A DNA stretch of 63,292 bases, filler included, from Phoronis australis (lineage: Eukaryota; Animalia; Phoronida): the NCBI GenBank assembly GCA_002633005.1. It is 7 parts of 7 records of this genome, joined end to end, with 100 filler letters (N's around TTAATTAATTAA, not from the genome) between each part and the next. Parts side by side here need not be neighbours in the genome. Positions count along the whole stretch, not along the records: positions 1 to 13,326 come from NMRA01001024.1; positions 13,427 to 31,893 come from NMRA01000224.1; 5 more parts are not named here. The stretch is one strand, 5' to 3'. The translations under genes were made by a program, and so were the position numbers. This document shows, one piece after another, positions 12,504 through 24,200 of this stretch (position 1 is its first letter; each line of letters begins with the position of its first letter). The notes below the pieces were generated by a model that was not told the origin of the DNA, ran no database searches, and saw only the letters and a list, made by a program, of their open reading frames with translations.

Positions 12504-13092
12504 CCACTCGTCCCAGTTTAATCGGTTTTTTCTCGGCGTCGGTAAATCAACTTTATTTGAATTTAGGAACACGAGTTCTCAAAAAACGGCTAGGTGGGTT
12601 CCGCTAAAACTTTCCAAATTTATTATTTATTCATCAATCTAAAAAGGGTTAGTTTCAAATGTGACGATTAATTGCTTGAACAGAGATAACAAAGATGAAA
12701 ACAACGGTATTTGTGCATTTAACATGTAATATTTTCTGAAAATAATTAAGTAGTAAAAACAATTAATATTGTACATACCGAGGAATCGGCGCCTGAGTTG
12801 CAGACGATATAACATTTTGCAAATAAAACTGATAGAAGTGTCATATAATTAATAATAATTAATTTTGTATCAGATGTTATTTTTGGGACATGATTGCATT
12901 GTGTTGTTTATTATGCTGCAATTTTGTTACTTTAAACTATTTGGGGAAAGTTTGATTTTCAAACCGGCTAACGACGTCAAGTCGAAATTGACCTACCATT
13001 TGAACTTTTCATGTCTCAGGACACTGTTAAAGTAGGAAAATAAAATCACATGGCTATATTGCCATCGACTTATTCAACGCGTATGGAATAAA

Positions 13093-13326
13093 TAACCTAA
13101 CCCTAACCCTAAACCTAACCCTCACAATAAACCTTAACACTTACCATAAACCTTAACTTAAACCTAACCCTAAACCTAACGCTAAACCTAACCCTAACCC
13201 TTACCCTCACCCTCACCCTAACACTAACCGTAACCCTAACACTAACAAAAACCCTAAACCTAACCTTAGCAATAGCCTTAACCCTAACAATAAACCTAAC
13301 CCTAGCCCTAACGCTAACCCTAATCC
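13093..13326. repeat. Second degenerate telomere-like CCCTAA array running into the scaffold end
   Basis: CCCTAA/ACCTAA/CCTTAA variants up to the N spacer. Confidence 0.92.
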
Positions 13327-13426
13327 NNNNNNNNNNNNNNNNNNNNNNNNNNNNNNNNNNNNNNNNNNNNTTAATTAATTAANNNNNNNNNNNNNNNNNN
13401 NNNNNNNNNNNNNNNNNNNNNNNNNN
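13327..13426. other. Artificial scaffold-joining spacer (also at 31894-31993, 49868-49967, 55331-55430, 57572-57671, 60273-60372)
   Basis: Identical 44N-TTAATTAATTAA-44N, giving stop codons in all six frames. Confidence 0.97.
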
Positions 13427-13619
13427 CTCCCAAAAAATAAGAGGTGTATGGTACATGATGCACAGAAGTCAAGAGTGACTTCTTCACAGCAGTTTCTCTT
13501 CAAAACTATGCTGTTTCCAATAAAATTCTCTAGATGAGTGAGTTTCCTTATTTTATCGTGGACCCCACCCCCAGGACCACCAGCTCAGTTATCGAATTAA
13601 TATGAATAAGCCTTATTTC

Positions 13620-14140
13620 AGTTGTTATAAATACCTTTTGCGCATAGAGGAACACCTTAGGAGGTTGTCGATGTGTTTAATTCCTTCCAATTCGAACAAA
13701 TACTCCAGTTATCAAACTTTTTCTTCGAGCAGTCCCTATTTCAGTTCCCAAAATCGTGAACTCAACATTTTCACTCGGCGCACGCCAAGAGATATGACGT
13801 ACTCATTCTTTTAACCAGGCCGAAGGTCAGAATTTGCGGTCCTCTTCGGCGAATTTTGAAACCTGATGTTCCCGCCCTTTGCGTACGTGCTGCCGGGAAC
13901 CAGCCGTGCATTTGCCGTGTTGTTAAACATCAAATATGTGCATAAAGACTATTAAATGTCATATCAACAGCGTTTATTTTTATCAAATACAAACAATAAT
14001 TCATTGAAATACAATCAGTTTCAAGTAACGCCAATTAAAGACACGTAGTGGTGGCATTTTGGAAACGAACATTTGACTGACAAGACCGCAATGGCTCACC
14101 TTTGGCCTATTTAAAGATTGAGGTCATGAAGTCATATCAC
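13620..14140 (+). mobile_element. Non-autonomous long-TIR element, copy 1 (left TIR and core, cut by an LTR insertion)
   Basis: 13620-13800 is the reverse complement of ~21580-21783, and 13925-14140 is a direct match to ~21345-21596. Confidence 0.7.
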
Positions 14141-15630
14141 TGTAGTGTTGTTACATTCGAATAGTATAAATGTAAGGAGTCACTTCCGGTACGTCGATCG
14201 TCTGACATACACAATACACGTTAGTTCCTGATTTAATACTTGTTTTATTAGACTAACTAACGATGTAACACTGGCGACGAGGATCGACAAGACCCCAATA
14301 ACAACTCAGAAGTCAGTATATTTGAGCTGTCCTCGCCCGTACACGCTGAGTCCGTGCTGTTGATATGACATCCCTACCTGCCTTTCCCCCGTTTCTGGTA
14401 CACGCCAATGATCAATCCGCGGGTAGTAGGTGGATGAAATGGCTAAACAAGTTTGAAAACATGCTTTTAGCCCTAGACATTACTGACACTAAACGTAAGA
14501 AAGCCCTATTACTACATTACATCGGCGAAGAGGGGTTCGATATCTATGATAGCATGACAGACGCTCAACAGGGTGAAGAAGATGCCTATGATACTGTGAA
14601 ACAAAGCTTCATTACCTACTTCACGCCTAAGCAAAACACTGCATATGAAACATACAAATTCAGGCAAGCGGTGCAGGAACCATCAGAGACAATCGACTCG
14701 TTTCACACTCGCTTGAGAACACTTGCAGCCACATGTGACTTTCATGACACAGATCGTGAGATCTTAACACAGATTCTTCATGGGTGTACCTCCACTCGAC
14801 TTCGTCGTCGTGGCCTACGAGACAACATGACTCTAACACAAGCTCTTGACGAAGCGCACGCAATCGAACTCTCCGAACAACGTGCCAGTGACGTTGAAAA
14901 GGGTGTCAACTCGCTAACATTGCACAAGCACAAATCACAGTCGCCCCATCAGTTCAAACCACAGGACCAGCACAGACCCAAGAAACAATTCAACTCGCGA
15001 GTCCCGAAGCGAACGTCATCAGGGCAGACCCACACCAGTAACAACCACAAGCCCAACAACAACTGGCGAAAACGAAACCGAGTGTGTCGAAACTGTGGTG
15101 GAGGTTTTCCCCATCCTGCGAACACCATATGTCCTGCAAAAGGGAGAGACTGTCTGAACTGTGGAAAAGTTGGAGATTTCGCACAAGTATGCAGATCAAA
15201 GCAAATCAGCCAAATCGGTCGAGAAGACACTGGTGAGCACGACAGCGATTCCGACTCCGAATAGGTGTTCACTGCTGATACTGTCAAAGGCAACGTCCCG
15301 AGGGTATATATTTCACTCCTTGATACATCAGTAGAATTCATTGTAGATACGGGAGCTTCAGTGAATATTATTCCCGAGTCCATGCTACAGCATTTTCCTG
15401 AGAGACCTACACTACAACCTCGTTCGACGAAGATTTACGCATACGCACAAGATGCATGCCTCGACGTAGTGGGCTCCTTCAAAACAGAAGTGGCGTATAA
15501 TGGCTCTAAATGCTTCTCGACCTTCTACCTGATTCGACGAGACCGTCCCACTTGCAGCCTACTTTGTGGATAAACCGCCCAAGCACTTGGTCTCGTCCAA
15601 TATGCCTTCCAGTCATCCATCCCGGAGAGT
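14141..15630 (+). mobile_element. Mag-type Gypsy LTR retrotransposon, 5' half (130-bp LTR, PBS, gag, protease)
   Basis: LTR TG..CA at 14141-14270; PBS TGGCGACGAGGAT (tRNA-Ser GCU); gag 14365-15264 with two zinc knuckles; in-frame protease IVDTGASVNII after a TAG. Confidence 0.9.
14365..15264 (+). CDS. gag: Gag of Mag-type retrotransposon
   Basis: W.KWLNKFEN...KKALLLHYIG...FRQAVQ..ETIDSFHTRLR.LAATC.F; CRNCGG..PH...CPAKG..C.NCGK.G.FAQVC. Confidence 0.88.
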   Translation: MTSLPAFPPFLVHANDQSAGSRWMKWLNKFENMLLALDITDTKRKKALLLHYIGEEGFDIYDSMTDAQQGEEDAYDTVKQSFITYFTPKQNTAYETYKFRQAVQEPSETIDSFHTRLRTLAATCDFHDTDREILTQILHGCTSTRLRRRGLRDNMTLTQALDEAHAIELSEQRASDVEKGVNSLTLHKHKSQSPHQFKPQDQHRPKKQFNSRVPKRTSSGQTHTSNNHKPNNNWRKRNRVCRNCGGGFPHPANTICPAKGRDCLNCGKVGDFAQVCRSKQISQIGREDTGEHDSDSDSE

Positions 15631-15753
15631 CGTGACTTTGATGTTTTAGTCGGTGCGAGGCATAATTCGCCGAAAAGCTTCCGGCGTATGGAGCGCCTAT
15701 AGGAGCTGCATCACCTCTGGTCGGGGCCAACAGAGGCGATGGTCATTGCCTAG
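15631..15753 (+). repeat. 123-bp structured unit ending in CTAG, copy 1
   Basis: Near-identical to 21785-21907 with the same two boundaries. Confidence 0.9.
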
Positions 15754-18700
15754 CGAGGTGTGTGAGTGACCAAGATTCTTTTGACATGAGTAATCATGTG
15801 AATCCGTAATTCTTCATAATCCACCGGCTGGGGAAGGAACACACTAGTAGGAATATCACCAGCGTTTCGGCGGGACCAAGAAATGTTATCGAGATGCCGA
15901 AAAGACACCCTATTCCTGACGATAAGAGTGTTTGCAAACATGGCCATCACGTTGGTGTTTTCAGTGGTTTCCTTTTCTCGGCGAATCATCTTGCCTACAT
16001 TGTCCCATACAATAGAATAGCCCGGAACTGAAAAAATGATAATCATATTAATTAGAAATGATAAGAAAGGGGGTGACTCGATCAATCCCCTTATTCGTAT
16101 GAAGTAACCACTCACGGTTGACGAGGGGGGGGGTGGAGGTTAAATTTTTTCTACCTCCGGACGAAAGTTGTTGGTGATTGATGGCAGCAGATGAACCCTG
16201 TCATCCATCGATGCTTTTGACCCCACTAAAATGAACTTTCTAAGGCCTACGATGGTAACTCGCTGCTGGTCAGTATAAACTTTATATTGTTTACATAACA
16301 TAAAAACCTGTTAACCAGCATTCTCAAACTTTTTGTAAGATGTCTTGTATAGCAAACGGAAATGCCGGGCACATTTAAATTTGATTTACCAACGTTAAAC
16401 TCTGGCCCCTTAAATCCGATTTCATCAACACACGTGTGATCTTCGAGTATGAAGATGAACTTACACTTATCAGTTTGTTGAAAGGAGTCATCGTCAGGTA
16501 AAAGAAACAACCGCCGTCTGCTCAGCACTGGATCAGGCACGTGTCCATAACTAAGTGTGGTTGCTGATTGGGCAGAACTGGGTGTTTGGACCACGGACGT
16601 TGGGGATGATCTGAATGGTGGAGTGCGAACATCTTCAGGAGACTGAAGCGTCGAGGGTTCAGGGCGGAACAGCATGGCATTTGAAAAGCCTGTCGTCGCC
16701 TGTTCCTGTTGAACGACATGAACAGCCTGCGTGAGTTGCGAATGCTGAGTTGCACGTATTTCGGCAGCAACTGAAGAATCTGACAGTGCCTCAACAATCT
16801 GCGGGGTCAAGGGGCTGTGAAACGGAATGGCACGCCGAGCTCTCACAGTAAATGGAGAATGGGGCACCGTGTCTTCTTGTGGATCTTGATGTTCTGACTG
16901 CGGGGACATGTGCTGAGGGCTGCGATGCACAGTGGTACGAGCACTAACTGTAGACTCGGGCACCATAGCTTCGTCCACAAGAACGGACCCAGCGTCATCA
17001 CTTTCCTGAAATTTCAAAAATTAATTGGATTGTACATGGTGGCGCAAATCAAGGGTTTTCAGCTTTTTAAAAATACCACTCTCAATCGCCTTTTACGTTA
17101 AAATGTAGTGTAACGAACTTACTGCGGATGTCGAGACAACTGGAGAAACATCGCTACCTGTTGGGGATGGGTCATCGTTGTCCGGCAAAGACCCCTGAAA
17201 TGATTATTCTTGAATAAGTATTTAAAAAGTTACACATAACTATAAGACAAACGCTCAATTCTGTGCAAACAATAGTAAAATCATGACTTGAATACGTTTC
17301 CAATTGCCTAACTTAAATGACTGGCAATAGTTCAATATAAAATAATGCTGAATTCTTCAAATAATGTCAACATTGCTATTAACTAAGCGAAACATAATAT
17401 CTAAAATGCTTATTAAACCACTCTGATGAAATGTTACCTTACTCTCCTATATTACGTTGAATTTGACAATATAAAACGAGCGGCAATACAAAAACGCCTC
17501 GTGATGTACAACAGTATATGAAACAAACGTCAGCTTTTGATCATAGCGGCTAAAAGGTGCGAAAAAATAGCGTAAAGGAAACATTTAATAATACCACCGC
17601 AACCTTTTAGTTAACGTGCAGTAATACCCGCTCGTACAAAAGCATGACGTTTGAGCTTAGACGTCTGTCAAATATTCCGTCAAACCTAAAGCCAATTCAT
17701 ATGAGAATACCTGCATAATATGTTTCCATGTCTTTGCCGTAGTCAAAACTGAGTTGCCGAGGCTACCCGCTTTGTGCTTTCCACACCCTGACTTACCCCA
17801 AGGCGACTAAAACACTCCACTAACTACGGAAAGAAAATAATATTGATTTTGAATTAGCGTTATTTCGGAGTAATAGTAGCGGTTTTATTATCTGTTAAGT
17901 AAGAACAGTCTCCGTTCAGTGCATACATGGACGTTATTAATACAAGGGCAAATTGAACGAAGATGACAAACTGTCCTTCGATAATCGTGGTTGCACTAAC
18001 ATAACCCCAAATAAGCCAATGTGTACAGTTTATGAGGCATGACACAGTGATGCTAACGCAGCTGATTTTCTGAATTGGAAACGCTATCACGTGACCGTCA
18101 ATACTTAATCAGATTTTCCACTGACAAGAAGCGCGACTAAAGCCACTTTTGTCTCGTATCTTACGTACACTGATACCTCGCTAATATCGGTATGATCCAA
18201 GTAGCTTTCGTGTATCTTATGTCTACCGGAAGAATGGTTTGAATAATATCGTGTTCGACAGTGAATGTTTTGAAAAATGAAAAAGGTTATTTTTAAGATT
18301 TATTTATTTATTTATTATTGTGGTATTTAAAATGAGGTTGGCCTCTTCAGTGATAGCACTGCTTTCCAAGAGGGCCCTCAACAAGAAAAACAGTAATATA
18401 ATACAATGAAGTAATAAAACAACAATGAAATATACGTAACAAAGATACAATTAAAACAGGTAAGGTTGAGAATTAAGACAATAACTAAATGACAAATAAT
18501 GGTAAAAATTTAACTAAGACAGATGAAATAAATTAAGAGATGACTCTAGACAATGAGAGTATTTACAACAATGAAAAAATGACATGATTAAGACAGGCAG
18601 GGTATAAAAGGTTAAGTAAATTACAGCCACTTTTTAACATTAACTTTAAAGGTAGTAATTGAATTGGACCGTTTAATTTCTGGGCTGAAAGAATTCCATA

Positions 18701-20469
18701 TTATAGCAGCTGCATAGATAAAAGANNNNNNNNNNNNNNNNNNNNNNNNNNNNNNNNNNNNNNNNNNNNNNNNNNNNNNNNNNNNNNNNNNNNNNNNNNN
18801 NNNNNNNNNNNNNNNNNNNNNNNNNNNNNNNNNNNNNNNNNNNNNNNNNNNNNNNNNNNNNNNNNNNNNNNNNNNNNNNNNNNNNNNNNNNNNNNNNNNN
18901 NNNNNNNNNNNNNNNNNNNNNNNNNNNNNNNNNNNNNNNNNNNNNNNNNNNNNNNNNNNNNNNNNNNNNNNNNNNNNNNNNNNNNNNNNNNNNNNNNNNN
19001 NNNNNNNNNNNNNNNNNNNNNNNNNNNNNNNTTTACCGATCCAGCTGTGGACATAATTGCAGTGTCATCAGCGTATAAAACTGGGACACTGTTGTGGAGG
19101 ACAGTAGGGAGGTCGTTAACAAAAATAGTGAATAATAGAGGGCCCAAAATGGAACCCTGAGGTACCCCGTGATTACGGTTGAGTAGACAGAAAGTATACC
19201 ACCGTATTTGGTGGCCTGTTTACGGTCGTATAAGTAGTTTCTAAACCAAAGGAGTTCGTTATCATTAACTCCATATGACTCTAGTTTCTGCAATAGGATA
19301 CCATGGTCCACAGTGTCAAAGGCTTTCTTAAGGTCAACAAAGACAGCACCAGTAAGCCTCCCCTGATCCATATTATTAAAGATAAACTCAGTAGCATGAA
19401 TGTTTGTAGTAAGAGTGGAATGCAAGGGGCGGAAACCAGACTGTGCTACCGAGAGAAGGGAATTTTGCTCCAGGAACTGGTGAAGCTGCTTTTGAAGATT
19501 AGGGACTATACTAAAGGGCCATGGGTTTTTAGTTAACCCTGTTGGTATTTGTGGTCCTGCGTTTGTTCCCTAAAAGATTGAGGCTTCAATAGACGTGTCT
19601 TTGCAGACAATTTATAATAAATCGCGGTTACGTGATTATCGTATGCTGCGTCAGGAGCGAATTTTTAACAATCGGAGGGTTTGAATGTTTTCAACGAAAG
19701 ACGAAAATTGCGACGAACAGAATGTCTAAGTTAACGACATTGGTTTCGTCTCGCCATAATTTTGAAATAACTGCTGAACTGGGAATGGTTTATTTTTTCA
19801 CTACGAAGATTTCTGAGCAATCTATCTCAAGGAGGGAGATTTTAGTCTCGAAAGAGTGTGCGTCCTTTTTCCCAGGGGCACAAGAATAGGGAGGTGTCCG
19901 TCGGTAAACTCATTAGGCCTAATAGAAGTTTTCAATGAAGCTTATCATGTGTGCGAAAACCCTTTTTCTAATAATTCTATAGAACAAATTGAAAACGGTA
20001 TCACAGAGGAAAATTTCTGATTACTCACCACCTTGCTATGCACGCGCATAAATAGCTGTAGGCTGGTCCATTTCGGCAAAAACTTGAATGATCGACGATT
20101 TTCCCGAATGTACAAAAGGCAGCATAAGGAGAACAGTGGTGGCACCAGTGGCCAAGGTTCAAGTTTTCTCGATGACACAGTCCTGAATACTTGTAACAAT
20201 GTGGGGGCGGCGGTTTCCAGCTGTAAACATAACTGTTCCCAAGTGAAGTTGCTCATTGAGTCAGGCGTAAAGTCTTCATTTGCATGGGTTGCTTCTTTTC
20301 GCAAGGCCTTTACTTCTTGCTTGATTATACGCATTGTGATTTGACGCATTGTATCCTTGCCCCTCTTTGTTCGAGAAAGTGTCCTCACGGCAACTGGTAT
20401 ATTGCGATTTTCCAAATTTCTCCTCGCAACTTCTGCATGCCCTCGCTTGATTTTCATGGGTGTTGATAT
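15754..20469 (-). pseudogene. Spliced DUF6589-like putative transposase gene, truncated and LINE-interrupted
   Basis: Exons 20469-20029, 17194-17123, 17005-16465 and 16027-15754 have AG/GT sites; the last three splice in frame. Motifs FTWEQL..QL...APTLL and GYSIVWDNVGK...NRVS...FLP...DY..LR.....VKRILV. A degenerate LGLC.SATT piece lies near 18000. Confidence 0.65.
18299..19495 (-). mobile_element. 5'-truncated CR1/L2-group LINE (RT and 3' UTR), spanning an assembly gap at 18726-19031
   Basis: [45 protein letters not shown]; 3' stem-loop region followed by an (AATA)n tail. Confidence 0.92.
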
Positions 20470-20557
20470 CTGAATTTACAAGATGGGATTTAGAATAGGT
20501 AAATGGCACTGCACACAAGACATTGAAAGATAAGTGACGAATTTTTTGGACAGGACT

Positions 20558-20817
20558 CATGCGCGCCCAGCCTTAAAAATGGGGGAGCGACTTTCTGACG
20601 ACTGATGTGAACTTTTTACTAACAAAAAAGCGGGAAAACTAAATAAAAAACGTAATAACATGTTCAGAGCTCTGAATTGTGCGTTTTCGGACTTTTGTCT
20701 CATTTTCTCAGTCTTCGCGCTTCTCTGAGGTAGACTTTTTTGCCCACTTCACCAAGTAGGGGGTGGGGGTGGGGGGGGGGGTGTTTCCTACGAGCCCCCC
20801 TCCCCCTGCGCATATGA
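20558..20817. mobile_element. Small TIR element (hAT-like MITE); related partial copy at ~50562-50770
   Basis: CATGCGCGC...GCGCATATG ends; internal GACTTTTT(T)GCCCACTTC shared between copies. Confidence 0.5.
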
Positions 20818-21344
20818 TGATTACCTCGCATATTTCTGTTTCAGTCGCGAACGCCATTAACAAACAGCGAGACAATTTGATTCTCATATTGCCATTCACA
20901 GGCATTTGGGACCCATTTCAATGAAAATATAGCGCATTGCGTTTTCTCACTTAACCACGGTCTCATTTATCATTTTAGGCAGGCCAAATACTACAATAGG
21001 AACTCATGCAGTGGCCTGTTAATAAACTTGTAATGAAGCTAACAGAAAACAGCAACTTTGCATAAAAGTACTACCTTTCATTGTGTTATCGTTGGTCTGC
21101 AAGCACCGTGACAGGCTTTATATTAACAGACCCACTCAATGAAATGGTTCAGTTGATTTCGTACGAGATCATAATTAAACCTGTCAACTGGCAGATAGAT
21201 AATGTGTTGAGCGAACTGACCCTGAACAGACGCATTTAGCAATAGACATTCGAATAAAGTGCATGAACCTAGAAGCTTGTTACTGTTGCAAATGACCTTT
21301 GGAAAACCAATCATCCGAACCCTAACTTAAAACCTTTTAATTAA

Positions 21345-21783
21345 ACATTAAAATGTCAAGTATGTGCTCAAAGACGGCTAAATGTCTTATCAACAGCATT
21401 TATTTTTATTAAGTTCAAACAATAATTCATAAAATACAATCAGTTTCAAGGAACGCCAATTAAAGACAATTCGTGGCGGCCTAAGACATTGCCGAGGTAT
21501 TTTGGAAGTCAACATTTGATTGACAAGATCGCAAGTTCTCACCTTTGGCCTAATTTTAAATAGGTAAAAAAGGTACAGGTCATGACGTCATATCACCTAG
21601 CGGGCGCGGTAAAAATTGGAGCGTGCGCAGTGCGAAACTGTTGAGTTCACGACTTTGAGAACTGAAATAGGGACTGCTCGAAGAAAAAGTTTGATAACGG
21701 GAGTATTTGTTCGAATTGGAAGGAATTAAACACATCGACAACCTCCTAAGGTGTTCCTCTATGCGCAAAAGGTATTTGTAACA
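21345..21783 (+). mobile_element. Non-autonomous long-TIR element, copy 2 (core and right TIR)
   Basis: Direct and inverted matches to 13620-14140. Confidence 0.7.
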
Positions 21784-21784
21784 G

Positions 21785-21907
21785 CGTGACTTTGATGGTT
21801 TAGTCGGTGCGAGGCATAATTCGCCGAAAAGCTTTCGGCGTAAGGAGCGCCTATAGGAGCTGCATCACCTCCGGTTCGGGCCAACAGAGGCGATGGTCAT
21901 TGCCTAG
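21785..21907 (+). repeat. 123-bp structured unit ending in CTAG, copy 2
   Basis: Near-identical to 15631-15753. Confidence 0.9.
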
Positions 21908-22771
21908 TTCTACTCGTGTGTATCTACTAGCTGAGTTTAGAGCGTATAGTTGTTGTTTAACGTATATAGTTCATAGGCGGATTTAGGGGAGGCCCAAGGG
22001 GCCTGCACCCCACCCCCCACCCCCCACCCCCCTTGGCTTCCGCACACAAAATGAAACGTCAAGAGCATGAAGCGTGAGGAAATATTGAGTTCAGTAACTA
22101 GGAGCGGTAGCGGACGAGGGGGGGGCTTGGACTTTCTGTTCTGTTGTTTTCTGCTGTCGGTGGACCAAAAAAACGGGTACACGATTCTGCCGCGCTCTCG
22201 GCCCCGCAACTTTCGGGCCGCCTGTGCACAGACAATCGCGCTTCTCCCAATTCCCAGAGGCAACATGTTACGCTCCTATGGTATCCTAGATCCGCCAATG
22301 TAGTTTCATTCATCTGATTGTTTGGCGTATATGTTATGCGATACCCGGTTCATGGAATAAATAGTTACGGGTCGCAGTTAGGCAGTTGTTTGGGTATGGT
22401 AATGGTTCCCAGTTGTAGAATAGGTAGTACGGGTTACAGATAATTGTGTTGGTGCGGTAGTATTTTTTAGGCCTGTATTATACATAGAGTCATTGTCGCG
22501 GGTCTTTCTAACGCGGCTACAGTAGTCACCACGAGAACCGTTCTTCTCACTGCCACTGAAGATGATGGTGGGACACGTATGGTGTCACGTTACTGAAAAA
22601 CTGAAAATTGGCATTACAATTCTTCCCACCTGAACAGCAGTGAATCGGTCAATATGTTTGTGGCGGGACGGGCTGTCGCTCGTAGCACGAGTCACTATTC
22701 ACATTCTGATGTCGCTTGTGACGTCTACTTTTAAGCTATTTTCAATTGGCCATTCATTGCTAGGCAAAGGC

Positions 22772-23221
22772 CCATGCGGGTTCCCTGTGCCCTGTTGCAT
22801 GAAACAGTCCCAAACAGGGACTTAGCTAAGTTCCCTAAATCTACTGCGTATTTTTGGACTTGAAAACATCCATTGTCCTTTCTTGTATTGTTTTAGTTTC
22901 ATTACTAAGTCAACTTTTGACTTTGATACAAATTGAGAGTGAGCTCTACGCTGAACTGTCAAAATTATCCAAAATATGTAGGGATCTTTGCATGCAACAC
23001 CCCAAATTTAAGGACGGAGTCCCTTTTTATTTTCAATGAATTCAGGGCTCAGTTTTTAGAAAATGTCATTAATCAATGAGGTGCTAATAATGAAGATGAA
23101 ATGACAGAAAAATATTGCATCTGTGAATCCATAAAGACACAAATGCGAAAAAGACTTAGGGACCTTAGCTGAGTCCCTATTTGGGACCATTTCATGCAAC
23201 CGGCCACAGGAGACCTCATGG
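22772..23221. mobile_element. MITE with ~70-bp imperfect TIRs (possibly Harbinger-like)
   Basis: GTTGCATGAAACAGTCCCAAACAGGGACTTAGCTAAG.TCCCTAA pairs with TTAGGGACCTTAGCTGAGTCCCTATTTGGGACCATTTCATGCAAC. Confidence 0.8.
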
Positions 23222-24066
23222 TTTGAGTCGGTCTTTTATCTGACTTTGTGAAGTATGTGTCGTTGATATACGTACAATATGATTAAATTGCAGTCGCTGT
23301 TCTTATTATTTCCTTGTGAATCTCTCACTCGTGACATTGTTTTTCGGACCCTCGGGCACACATTTTGAAATACGAATAGTATGCTATTGGAAACCGCATT
23401 AATATGAAAAAAATCTAATATTCCATAGTTGGCTGTCAAACACGAATGTTTTAATTCTCTTATTTTGCATACCAGGCAATCATTATCGGTTTTCTGCTTC
23501 TGTGCCGTCTAAAATGGAAAGCAAAGAATATAAAGCCGTCAAAGCAACCGTTGAACGATTGTACGACGTTGAAGTGCATGATATCAGGCATCTTACAGGT
23601 CTCGATGGTAAGATTGTTAGCAGGAATGAGTATGCAGTCCATACTCATTCACAGTGTCGTTGTCTAATCGAACAACTTGTTCACAAGCATGTGTGGTAGG
23701 CCTAGTGTCCAATATTAAAACAATGCTACCTTGACACCCTAACCCATGGAGATTGGGCAACTCGACCGGTTTGTGTACCACAGAATCTGCCGGTTTAGAT
23801 AAAAGACAACATGCTGTTCTGGTTAATTAAATCGCCTTAGGCTGCTGATGTCATTGTCTTCCAGATAATGAGACCTATCATAAACACATTGCGTACGCTA
23901 ATAGTATTTTTAAATTTTCGTTTTGAAAGTTTGTAAATAGACCCTGTTTCGATAGGGTTGCGGACTTCCTACAGTGCGTTGCATTCACACTCGGCTTGTT
24001 TGCTGCTCTTCCCACTGTCACGTGTATTTCACTGTTTATGTCGCTATGTATATGTTCATTCCACCT

Positions 24067-24200
24067 ATTGCCTGATGTGATGAGACATGCAGTCTCGAAA
24101 TATAGGTAGTGTTTTAATGTGTTTGTTTGTTATGTCTCTCGGTGTTTTACTTCATACCTGCACACCTGAAGAAAGGAGACTGTTCCGAAATTACGAGCGT
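24067..24200 (+). ncRNA. Two tandem degenerate minimal hammerhead-like motifs
   Basis: CUGAUG(UG)A-U-GAGAC(AUGCA)GUCUC-GAAA-UAUA at 24072-24104 and CUGAAGA-AA-GGAG(ACUG)UUCC-GAAA at 24166-24190. Confidence 0.55.

Noticed and set aside
13371-13382. Recurring TTAATTAATTAA palindrome as a biological motif
   Set aside because: Always centred in 44N flanks; an assembly linker.
21785-21907. HDV-like ribozyme in the 123-bp unit
   Set aside because: A hairpin followed by CGAA exists on the minus strand, but I could not build P1, P2 and P3 pairings.
22550-22605. Additional hammerhead at CTGAAGA...GAAA
   Set aside because: Stem II and stem I do not close convincingly.
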